Assembly (NCBI GenBank): GCA_043228905.1
Contig: JBHGNT010000007.1
Coordinates: 992,001-1,056,000 of the forward strand
Direction: 5' to 3'
Source: Azolla caroliniana
Lineage: Eukaryota > Plantae > Polypodiophyta
DNA: 64,000 nt
Shown here: positions 24,837 through 36,243 of the stretch, in pieces
Position numbering within the stretch: the stretch's first letter is position 1
How the letters are laid out: each line of letters starts with the position of its first letter
Position numbers and translations under genes: made by a program
The notes under the pieces: generated by a model
The model's input: only the letters and a program-made list of their open reading frames with translations
The model's database searches: none
What the model was told of the DNA's origin: nothing

Positions 24837-25341
24837 AATATGGTGCGGCTTTGGATACTAATTAGTAATAACCGCCATAATGCTAGACCTTATGTCATGG
24901 TTGTTACATACTAGCCAGGCTTTAAACCATCATAACAATAGACCTTATGTCATGGTTGCAAGAGACTAGACATGTTTTGATCTTTCTCACTTTTCGAACT
25001 CACTTCCATATTTCTATATGGTATATGAGCAAAGTAGCCCAACCCCACCAAGATATTTGCCCCACAAGCAATGATTGACCTCACTCTCTAATTCAAATGT
25101 ATGTATTCAATAATCTCAATATGGTGCGGCTTTGGATACTAATTAGTAATAACCACCATAATGCTAGACCTTATGTCATGGTTGCAAGAGACTAGACATG
25201 TTTTGAAAGTTATCATCTTTCTCACTTCCATATTTCTACATGGTATATAAGCAAAGTAGCCCAACCCCACCAAGATATTTGCCGCACAAGCAATAATTGA
25301 CCTCACTCTCTAATTCAAATGTATGTGTTCAATAATCTCAA
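24837..25341. repeat. two tandem copies of a ~220-280-bp unit abutting copia fragment A
   Basis: aatatggtgcggctttggatactaattag starts at ~24837 and ~25118; both copies end ..tcaataatctcaa. Confidence 0.9.
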
Positions 25342-25344
25342 GTG

Positions 25345-27082
25345 TAATCTCAAGGGATATGTCCATCATGAGCTACACCTTGAAGATCAAGGAGCTTTGC
25401 AACTTGCTCGGCTTGATAAGCGTCAATGTGGACGATGATGAGATGGTGCAAATATGCCTTGACAGCCTTGCACCACAGTTTGGTGTGATGAGGACCGTCG
25501 TATTAGCACGGGAGAATCCACCCTCCTTTGATCTTCAATCCATGTTGTTGGTCAAAGAAAACCATGTTCGAAGAAGGAGAAATGCCTTGGAAGGCCACAT
25601 GCTTTACTCACACTCGGATGGAGGAAGATGACGTGGCCGTGCAAGAAGCGGCCGATTGGGCCAAGGACGAGGCGGATGAGGCCCGACTTACAAAAACAAC
25701 TCGCAATTTTGGCATCAAGACGAAAGCCATCTAGGAACCTTCGAAAGAAGGGGGGGCTTCCATTCTAGCCTGAGCCGACAAAACTCGGTCGAATGCAGAT
25801 ATTGCGGAAAAATCGGTCACCCTGAAGAAGAGTGTCGTAAAAAGATGTGCGAGTCAGCTTCCACTAGCCGACAACTCACCAATTACGTCACCAACTCCGA
25901 CTATGACAATCGTGGCAGAATGTTCATGATGAGACATAGAGCAAATTCTATGTCGGCTTCTACTTCAACTAGTGCCTCCGGTCCGGAAGACGTATGGTTC
26001 GTTGACTCTAGTGCCTCGAACCATATGACGTCTCATCAAGAATGGTTCTGAGAACTTCGAGAGCTAGAACAACCCGACTATGTCGAAACCGGAGATGATC
26101 CTACGCATCCGATTCAACACATCGACAATGTCGAAACCGGAGATGATCCTACGCATCCGATTCAACACATCGACAATGTCCCATTCGGCAAAGAAGGTAA
26201 CCAAAATTTTATTAAGAATGTCTTGCATGTACCAACCATTACGAAGAATTTGGTCTTCGTCAGCCAAATTGTTGAGCAAGGCATACAAGTACGATTTAAT
26301 CAAGGCAGTTGCTTCATCGAAAAAGAGGGTAGACTCATCGCTCGTGGACGAAGAGAGGGCCAAATGTTCATTCTCGACTCACATGAGATGAAATCGGCCA
26401 TGTTCGCAAAGGGCACGAAAGCCGATTCTGACATAGAGTTATGGCACAAGCTGATTGGCCATATCAACCTCCAAAAGCTCAAGGCAATGGAATCGAAAGG
26501 AGTCGTTATCGGGCTCTTGGCAATCAAGGAGAAAGAGATTGAAGGTGTGTGTACCGCTTGCCAATTCGGCAAGCAACATCGGCACCCATTTCCGAAGGAG
26601 CGAAATGTGAGCAAAGGTGTACTCAACGTAATTCATTCCGATGTATGGGGTCCAGCTCAGAACGCTACATTCAGCGGATGCCGATACTACGTGGCCTTCA
26701 TCGACGACTTCTCTAGGCACACTTGGATCTACCCCATGCTGCAAAACAGCGAAGTGTTCAGACACTTCTAAAAATTTAAGGATGAAGTCGAGAAAGCCAT
26801 GGGCCAACATGTACAATGTCTTCGGTAGGATGGAGGCAAGATGTACTTCTCCGACGAATTTTCGGCTTTTCTACGGGAAGAAGGAATTCGGCGACAGTTT
26901 TCAAGTCGACATACGCCACAACAAAATGGAGTCGTCGAACGAAAGAATCGGCACATCCTCGAAGTGGCACGAGCCATGATGAACGAAAAGCACCTACCGA
27001 AGTCGTACTATGCAGAAGCGACTAACATCGTCGTATACCTCATGAATCGGTGTACGACATCGGGTGTGCACGAACTTACTCC
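25345..27082 (+). mobile_element. Ty1/copia internal fragment A (gag C-terminus, zinc knuckle, protease, GAG-pre-integrase, integrase core), degenerate
   Basis: CRYCGKIGHPEEEC, WFVDSSASNHM, LWHKLIGH..CTACQFGKQ, IHSDVWGP, FIDDFSR and TPQQNGVVERKNR. Several stops and an in-frame 48-bp duplication at ~26080-26180. Confidence 0.93.
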
Positions 27083-27215
27083 CATCACTATGAGTCTTCA
27101 CATTCCCCAAGAGAGAGTAGTTGGTAGTTAATGAAGAGAGAGAGTGACCTTATATAAAGCACCCTTCTCCTACTTCATAGAGAGTCGGTTGTGACTCCTT
27201 GTAAGGCTACATTTT

Positions 27216-30200
27216 TGTTGAGCGGCAAGCTCAACCGGAGCCGGATCGGCTGAATAAGCCTGAGCCGGTAAGCAGTAAGGACCGGTGAGCTGGGGAGCCG
27301 GTATGCCGTATCCAATCCGTAACCGGAAGCCTAGTATAGAGGTTAGACTACTAGGCAATTATAGTCTCGTAGTTAGTGTCAGATGCTCGTGTGAGCATTG
27401 AAGTACACCGTACTTCTAACAGTCCCGTGTGGACTTGTATAAATAGCGCTGATGAGCGTGTTGTAGATACAGAGCACAGAGTATTCATATAATTTTGAAG
27501 AATAGTGTGTCCTGCTCTGTCTCTGTCTCTCTCTCTCTCTCTCCCGCGTACTCTCCCTCTCTCTTTGTGTATTGTTCTTTCTAACGCTTCTGCAAGAAAT
27601 CTTTCACATGGTATCAGAGCGCATGGGTTGAGAACCTCTACTGCAGACATCTACGCTTGTGAAGGAAACCCTAATAGATCGGAAAATAGACACAAAAGGA
27701 GAAATTGACAGAGGTATGGCTACGTCGCTCCCGGTGGAGAAGCTCGACAGAACCAACTACGCATCTTGTTCATACAAGATGCTCCAGTACCTGCTTGGGC
27801 ATGGCTACTTGAGTTATGTCGACAGAGTGAACGACTCAGCACCAGAGACGACACACAAGGACTTCCCAGTGTGGGAACAGGCAGCAAGCAGGGTGATGTA
27901 CTGCTTTGCGTCCAGTGTCGGTGACCAGCTGCTCAGGCATATCCGTGACGCCAAGACACCGAAGGATGCTTGGGGAAACTTGAAAAAGGTCTTCGCCGCA
28001 AGCACCACTGCCCGGAAGATGCAACTCAGACAGGAGTTGAGCAATGTTCGATAGAAGAACATGTCAGTGGCAAATTACACAGACCGGATCAAAGGGATCT
28101 ATGACTCGCTTGCCTCTATTAACGTCACCATAGAGGAAGACGAGATGGTGCAGGTCTATCTTGGAAGCCTGGCGTCCAAGTTCGGAGCTTTCCGGACTGC
28201 AGTTTGTACAAGGGAGAATACGCCCTCATTTTTCGACTTACAATCGATGCTCCTTGTAGAGGAGAACCACGCCAGTGCATCTACCAGTGCATCCCCAGAC
28301 AATCGGATGCTGTACACAGGAGCGGATCGGTCCCACGGGTGTGGTGGACGAGGCAGGTCGGCACACAATAGAGGTGGCCGGCAAGAGCAAGAACGAAGGC
28401 ACAGTGAGCGTGCCAATAGCTGTTCCGGAACTTCCACAAGCAGGGGGAGTCAAGGTGGTGCCGGAGGCCGGCAAGACAAATCCGCTACGGAATGCTGGTA
28501 CTGTGGCAAAAAGGGCCACAAGGAAAGCGAGTGATGGAGAAAGCGTGCCGATTCGGACAAATCCGGATCCGGCAAAACCGGTAAGGAAGGCCGACAAAGC
28601 TCGCACTACGCAAACGGATCGGGAGGATCCAAGAACAGTAAGGGGCCAGCCTTGGTGATGAAGCGCAAGGCAAACTCAATGAAGAAGACCACTTCCAAAT
28701 CGGAGGAAGTGTGGTACATTGACTCTGGCGCATCGAACCACATGACGAGCCACGAGGAGTGGTTCTCCTTTTTGGAGAAGCCGGATCAACTGGGAGTTGT
28801 CGAAACCGGAGACGACACTCCCCACCCGATCGTGCACGTCGGAGAAGTCCCTTTGAGCCACGTCGGACAGAGGGGGAAGCTGATGAATGTATTACATGTT
28901 CCGACGATCACGAAGAACCTGGTGTCGGTCGGACAGATCGTCGACCAGGGGATGCAGGTGCGGTTTACGCACCTCGGGTGCTTCATTGAGGATGAGGGCG
29001 AAGTTATTGCGCAAGGGCGCAGAGATGGGAGGATGTTTATCCTCAACACCAATGACGTCGGCACCGCACTATTCGCCAAAGGACAGAAGGTCGAGTCGGA
29101 TATGGACCTGTGGCACAAGCGGATCGGCCATGTCAACTACAGGAGGCTTCAAGACCTGCAAACGGAACAAGTCGTTTTCGGTTTGCCGAAGTTTAGCGGC
29201 CGGAGATCCCAGATTTGTGAAGCCTACAACTCGGGAAGCTACACCGGCTTCCTTTCCCCACCGAAAGAAATCGAAGCCGTAACAAGCTCGATCTTATCCA
29301 TTCGGATGTGTGGGGACCGGCACAAAATGTTAGCATTGGCGTGTTACCTCGTACGAGATGTACGGAGAGTCAAGTGTGATGAGCGAGGGTCGAATGTTAT
29401 CATAATGTTGTGTATGTGTAGGGGGCATAAATGTAATTGTGAGTCAATACATATGTGAATACATGCACACGTGTGTGCATGTGGATGGATACGAGGAGGT
29501 ATGAGTGAGTGTCCAGTATGAATGCTCTAGGGGGCTTACACCCCTTTGTATCTACCCCCTCTTGTACTATTTAACCCCCTTATGGGGAATGAATGAAAAA
29601 TGAATCATTTCTCTCTATCTATCTCTCTTTTCATCTCTCTCTCTCTCTCTTCCCTCCCCTTAACGTTGAACCCCCTTGGGAGGGGGGTGGAGCCATTCTA
29701 GGCACCACCCCCCACCCCGCAATGCTTCTCAATGCACATGATCTCTCTCGCCATCAATCCCATACTCTCCATCATCATCATAACCACCATGTATATCTTT
29801 ATCATGATTATCATCGTCCTTAACCCTAGCCCTAAAACATACAACACCTTTTGGCGACCACTAAGGCGACCCCCCTTTGGAGACGGAGTTGAAGAATGAT
29901 ACGCGACAATGTGAGGCATAGTGATGATGATATGTAAGAGATGTCCGGGTAATGATGGCGATATGCAGCAAAAGGCGGAAGAAATCAGAAATGGAAGATT
30001 GACAAGATTGACTGCTGCACAATTCTACAACAAATTAATCTCTATATGTGAATGTTTTGTGTGGTCTGTTTTTGCCCTAAATGTCCGAGAAATGTTGGCC
30101 AAGATGTACAAAAACGGTGTCAATGCATGAGTGGAAGTTGCAAAACAAGTTGCAAAAGGATGGCGTTACATGAGTGTGCAAGAATGGAAATGACAATGTG

Positions 30201-33200
30201 CAAATGTGCGGTTAGCAGCAACGTGTGCGTGTTCCAAGGAGACTGCGGAGGAAGACGCAATGTGTGGAGCGTGGGCCAGCAAGATGTGCGGTACCGGAAT
30301 GGGACGTGTTCACAGTTTCCAGTTTCCAGAGAAGCAACGCGGAAAAAGTTGGAACCAGAACAAGAGTTGGTTGGCACCGAAGCGGCCGTAATGGCCGGGC
30401 GGCCGTCAGAGTAGACAGAGCCGAAACAGCAACAATGACGCCGAAAAGCGACGAACGAAGAGACAACCGTCAGATATCAACGGCTGACATTCGGATGACG
30501 ACTGAACAGACCGGCCACGCGACTGCAGACCGGCCGGACAGGGCCGACAAAGATGAGAGAGGCTTCAGGAACGGTCATCACCAACCGACAGCAGCCGGAG
30601 CGGCCGGAGGGCCGGACAAGGTCAGGGAAGCAAACAGGCCGCCAGGATGACGGACGGTGTCGAACGACGACGAAACCGACAGAGACGGTGATGGAGTCTG
30701 CAACGGAGGCAGCCGGAGCAACCGAGAGCTGAGGAGCGGCCAAAGCGACCGGAATAGCCAACCAATGGCCGGAGTGGCCAGATAGGCCCGGACAGAGACG
30801 GAACCGGCCAGAGCGATGGCGGTGGCTGAACAATCGACGACCGGATCGGAGATGACGATGAAACGAAGGGCCAAACAGACACACACAACAACAAACGAGG
30901 CATAAATGGACAGAGACGACAACCGGTCGGAAGGAGATACACCAATATGTAGATGGAGACAACCGCGGATGCAGGACCAGAAGGACAAGCAATCAAAGAG
31001 CGGTCGGAACAACGATGATGACGGCAAAACAAGGGCAGCCACCGGAAAGGAGCCGGTTGCGGTCGAGGCGGCTGAAATGCACAGAAATGGCCGAAATGCA
31101 GCCGGAATGGCCAGAGTGGCTGAAATGCGCCCAGAAAGGCTGGACAACTGACGCCAAAAGAACGGGCCGGATAGTATCGGGGACAGATAGAGGAGCGGCG
31201 ACAACCAACGGTCACGAGTGGCCAGTAGACGACAGAGACAAAGAAATGGAGATAGTGACGGAGAGACCATGGAATGAGAGAAGGAACTAGAACACACAGA
31301 GAGGAAAGTAGAGAGTATAGAAGAGAAGGCAGAGAAGGCTTAAGACAGAGGATGGAGAAAAATGAGCAAGGAAGAGGAAGACAAATACAGAAGAACAACA
31401 GAAGAAGAGAGGAGAGACAGGACGGCAAGTAGAGAAGCGGGAAAAGAAAACAGAAAGAAAGAGGAAGAAGAGGCAAGAAAAAGAAAAAGACAAAAACGGA
31501 AAAAAAGAGGGAAAAAGAGAACGATAAGGGGCATTCGAGGAGTTTTGAAAACTTGAGGGCATTCGAAGAATTTCGAAAAACATGATGGCATTGAAAAAAT
31601 AAAATAAAAATTTTTAATTTTTAATTTAAAAATCAAAGGGCACATACAAAATTTTGAAAACTCATCCACCTAAAGAAATGGACGTGATCGACCATACACA
31701 ACTCAAAATAAAGGAAGAACACACATACATACAACATATTTTTGACGACCCAAATGATTTTACGAAGTTCGTAAGTCGACAGAACGAGAATGTTCGTGTC
31801 GCAGAAGATTTGCTGACCGACAAATGTGTTTGAGTCAAGCATTCTGATCGAGGGAGTCGATCGTTGAAAGGACCGATGGAAGTTCCGGTCAAAGAAATAT
31901 CATTATCAAGGCATGTGGGATCGACGTGCAAGGCACTTTCCCACGGGCGTGCCATATTGTGTTACCTCGTACGAGATGTACGGAGAGTCAAGTGTGATGA
32001 GCGAGGGTCGAATGTTATCATAATGTTGTGTATGTGTAGGGGGCATAAATGTAATTGTGAGTCAATACATATGTGAATACATGCACACGTGTGTGCATGT
32101 GGATGGATACGAGGAGGTATGAGTGAGTGTCCAGTATGAATGCTCTAGGGGGCTTACACCCCTTTGTATCTACCCCCTCTTGTACTATTTAACCCCCTTA
32201 TGGGGAATGAATGAAAAATGAATCATTTCTCTCTATCTATCTCTCTTTTCATCTCTCTCTCTCTCTCTTCCCTCCCCTTAACGTTGAACCCCCTTGGGAG
32301 GGGGGTGGAGCCATTCTAGGCACCACCCCCCACCCCGCAATGCTTCTCAATGCACATGATCTCTCTCGCCATCAATCCCATACTCTCCATCATCATCATA
32401 ACCACCATGTATATCTTTATCATGATTATCATCGTCCTTAACCCTAGCCCTAAAACATACAACATGGCGGGAGTCGATATTTCGTCTCCTTCATCGACGA
32501 CTACACACGACATGCGTGGATCTACCTCATTGAGCGGAAGAGCGAAGTCTTCGAGTGTTTCCAGAGCCTCCAGAAGATGGTGGAACGGGAATTGGAGAGG
32601 AAGATCAAATGGCTACGGTCGGATGGCGGAAAAGAGTACTTTTCCGGCCAATTCAACAACTATCTGCAACAAAAAGGAATCCGGCGAGAATTCAGCTACA
32701 GATACATACCGCAACAGAACGGTGTGGCCGAAAGGAAGAATCGGTCGCTGATTGATGCGGCTAGGGCAATGCTGGAGGAAAAGAGCACGCCCAAGTTCTA
32801 CTGGGCGGAGGCGGTCCAAACGGCCGTTTACATCCAGAACCGGATCGGGGACAAGGTGTCAGCTCACGAGCTGTATTTCGGGCACAAGCTGAATTTGAGA
32901 CACCTCCGGATATTCGGCAACATAGCCTATGTACATGTGCCGGATGAGAAGCGGAGAAAGCTGGATGCAAAATCGGAAAAATGCATCCTAGTCGGCTATG
33001 CTCAAGAGCAAAAGGGGTATAAGTGTTATAACCCCCGGACGAAGCAGGTCCGAGTCAGCCGAGATGTCTAGTTTGATGAATCGGCATCGTGGTATTCCTT
33101 ACCGACTTCGACTTCCGATCCCGACCCGATGTTGGAGGATGGGGCTAGTGAGCCCCGAACAGGCCCAGGTAGAGAAAGATGAAGCCGGAACTCAAGATGA

Positions 33201-36200
33201 GAGTCCGGAATCGTTCCGGTTAAGCGGACCGAATGAGAGACTGGATCAGTCCAACCAGTCGGATGATGAGACAACGAGTAGTGGAGACTCTGTCGTGCTC
33301 TCCCCGCGCAAGGAACCGAGGAGACGGTTCACATGCAAAGAGAATGGGAAGCAGAAGATGCCGGAATTCAAGACCGGCAATGATGAGTCCGATCGGTGCG
33401 TATCTGACTTCGGCAAGGACATAGGCAGATCTTCGGGAACGAAGACCGAACCGGCCAAGATGGGTCTCATACCGGGTAACGGTGAGTTACGCCGGTCCAC
33501 CCGCCAGAAGGATCCCGTTAAACGGTATGGGTATAACGAGTACATGGCGCATCATTATGCGTACATGACCAAGGTCGCGGAAGTGCGTGAGCTGGAGAGC
33601 TACGCAGAAGCGGCAAAGGACGCAAATTGGCGTGCCGCTATGGAGGAAGAAATGCGGGCACTGGATGCCAACGGAACTTGGGACCTGGTTGACCCTCCCC
33701 GTCACTGTAAACCGATCGGATGCAAGTGGGTGTACAAGGTAAAGTACAATGCGGACGGTACAGTTAACCGGTACAAGCCCGGTTAGTGGCGAAGGGATAT
33801 GCGCAAACCCACGAAATCGACTACAACGAGACCTTCGCTCCTGTAGCGAAGATGACGACGGTTCGTCTGGTACTGGCGGTTGCTGCGGCAAGGGGGTGGC
33901 ATCTTCATTAGATGGATGTGAAGAATGCCTTCCTTCAAGGAGATCTTGAAGAAGAAGTCTTTATGACTCATCCCCCCGGATTTCAGTCGGAGGTGAACAA
34001 GTCGGCGGTATGCCGGCTGAGGAAGTCGTTGTACGGCTTGAAGCAAGCCCCCCATGCTTGGAATGCTAAGATCACGCACCGGTTGCGAAAGATGGGGTTT
34101 GTTGCCTCTAAGTCGGACTCTTCCCTGTTCATCCATCAAGGCTCAAACGGTCCGGTATGTATCTTACTCTATGTTGATGATTTAGTCATCACCGGCCCAG
34201 GTCTTCAGGAAATCAACCGCGTCAAGTCCCAGTTGTCGGACGCATTCGATATGAAGGACTAGGGGGACCTTCATTATTTTTTGGGGATCGAGGTGATCCG
34301 CACCCCCAACAACATATTGCTTTCTCAACACCATTATGTGTTGAATATACTGTACAAGTTTAGCATGACGGAATGGCGACCTGTCTCCACACCCCTGGAC
34401 CAGAATCAGAAGATCCGTCCCAACTCCGTACCAACCTGCAATGAGAAACGGTTCCGACAAATAGTCGGAAGCCTGATCTATTTGACCAGCACCCGACCCG
34501 ACATTAGCTATCCGGTCAGAGTGGTAAGCCAATTCATGCAGAAGCCGACTGTGGAGCACCTTCAGTACGCGCAACGAATACTGAGGTATGTAAGCGGAAC
34601 TAAGGACCGGGGGCTCTTATACCGGCAAGGTATAACCGAAGAGCTTGTCGGCTACACAGATGCCGACTGGGCTGGCGATGCAATGGATCGTCGCTCAACT
34701 TCCGGCTTTATGTTTTCTCTTGGGAGCGTGGTTGTTGCGTGGACCAGCAAAAAGCAGCCAACAATGGCTCTATCCAGCACTGAGGCTGAATATCGGGGCG
34801 CGACCATTGCCACCTGCGAAGCCATTTGGCTTCGGCGACTACTGCAAGACCTGCAGATCGAGGTACCGACCCCGATCCTGATCTACTGCGATAACCTCAG
34901 CAGCATGTAGCTCGCCAAGAACCGTGTGTTCCATGCTCGCACAAAGCACATAGAAGTGCATTATCACTTCATGCGTGAGCGGGTCCTGAGCGGTGAAGTT
35001 GAACTACGGTATGTTCACACGAATTGGCAAGTTGTCGACATCTTCACCAAGCCGCTCGGGTCGGACAAGTTACAGCACTTTACCGAAATGCTTGGTGTTC
35101 AGCATCTCGACGTGCCGCACTTGAGGGGGAGAGGCAAGGGCAAAGACACTACCGAAACGGGCAAAGGCAAAAAAACAGTTGAACCCGTAGGTAAGAGAAG
35201 AACCGGTAGAGGTGGAGACGAGAAGAAAAATGAAGCCGAGTCGACGAAGGAAGTCGACACATCCGAACAGGTCGGAGTGAGCGGTTGTGAAGAAGAAGTG
35301 TACACTCAGGAAGAGAAGTGCATGCTATGCGGAGGTCATCACGATCGTAATGGGCATGATGTGGAGTCGAATGAAGAATTCGACTTCGGTGAACCGGCTG
35401 AAGAAGCCAAGGGAAGCACAGAGAAGGCCAAGACCCGGACGTGGTCTGATGTGGTGAGAGGCCTGAAGCCGAAAATCGAATCGGAGGATACCGATTCGGA
35501 TAAGAGCTGGAACGAGTCGGAGACAGCCGATTCGGATCAACAGACGGATCCGGATGAGTCGGATCAACGAGAGGCCAAGGAGACATGGACGCAGCGGAAG
35601 TCGATGCCATCGCGGAGGAACCGACGGATCGGCAAGCGCCGGAGTCATAGCAGCGAAGGAGCTGAGATGGGCCTATTGAGCAGACATGCCGAAGGTCGAG
35701 GTGCGCAAAACCAAAGGGGTCGCGGGAAACGGAACCAGACCGGACAAGGAGCGCGAGCAAGGCGAAGCGACGCCAAGAGAAGTCGGTTGGAAGAACCGGC
35801 TGCCACAGAGGTTGACACTACGACCCTACCTCAGGTTGAGCTTGAGGGGGAGTGTTGAGCGGCAAGCTCAACCAGAGCCGGATCGGCTGAATAAGCCTGA
35901 GCCGGTAAGCAATAAGGACCGGTGAGCTGGGGAGCCGGTATGCCGGATCCAATACGTAACTGGAAGCCTAGTATAGGTTAGACTACTAGGCAGTTATAGT
36001 CTCGTAGTTAGTGTCAGATGCTCGTGTGAGCATTGAAGTACACCGTACTTCTAACAGTCCCATGTGGACTTGTATAAATAGCGGTGATGAGCGCGTTGTA
36101 GATACAGAGCACAGAGTATTCATATAATTTTGAAGAATAGTGTGTCCTGCTCTCTCTCTCTCTCTCTCTCTCTCTCCCCCGCGTACTCTCTCTCTCTCTT

Positions 36201-36243
36201 TGTGTATTGTTCTTTCTAACGCTTCCGCAAGCAATCTTTCACA
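27216..36243 (+). mobile_element. full-length Ty1/copia element C (gag-PR-INT-RT-RH with stops and frameshifts), nested in the LTR of B
   Basis: LTRs 27216-27608 and 35853-36243 (TG..CA, roughly 15 substitutions by eye). TSD ATTTT at 27211-27215 and 36244-36248. PBS TGGTATCAGAGC at 27609; PPT GAGGGGGAG at 35844-35852. Motifs WYIDSGASNHM, LLYVDDLVI and YTDADWAG. Confidence 0.97.
29342..32464 (+). mobile_element. non-autonomous LTR element D (3123 bp, TRIM/LARD-like) inserted in the integrase of C
   Basis: 505-bp LTRs at 29342-29846 and 31960-32464, identical by eye. TSD TGGCG at 29337-29341 and 32465-32469. PBS-like TGGCGACCAC at ~29852. No gag/pol motifs inside. C integrase reads through (..GPAQNVSIGGSRYFVSFIDD) once D is removed. 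Confidence 0.96.

Noticed and set aside
30578-31669. Long hydrophobic minus-strand ORFs in element D as an env-like or membrane protein
   Set aside because: They are the reverse complement of a purine-rich low-complexity tract, which yields Leu/Phe/Ser runs and few stops automatically. Several frames are open at once.
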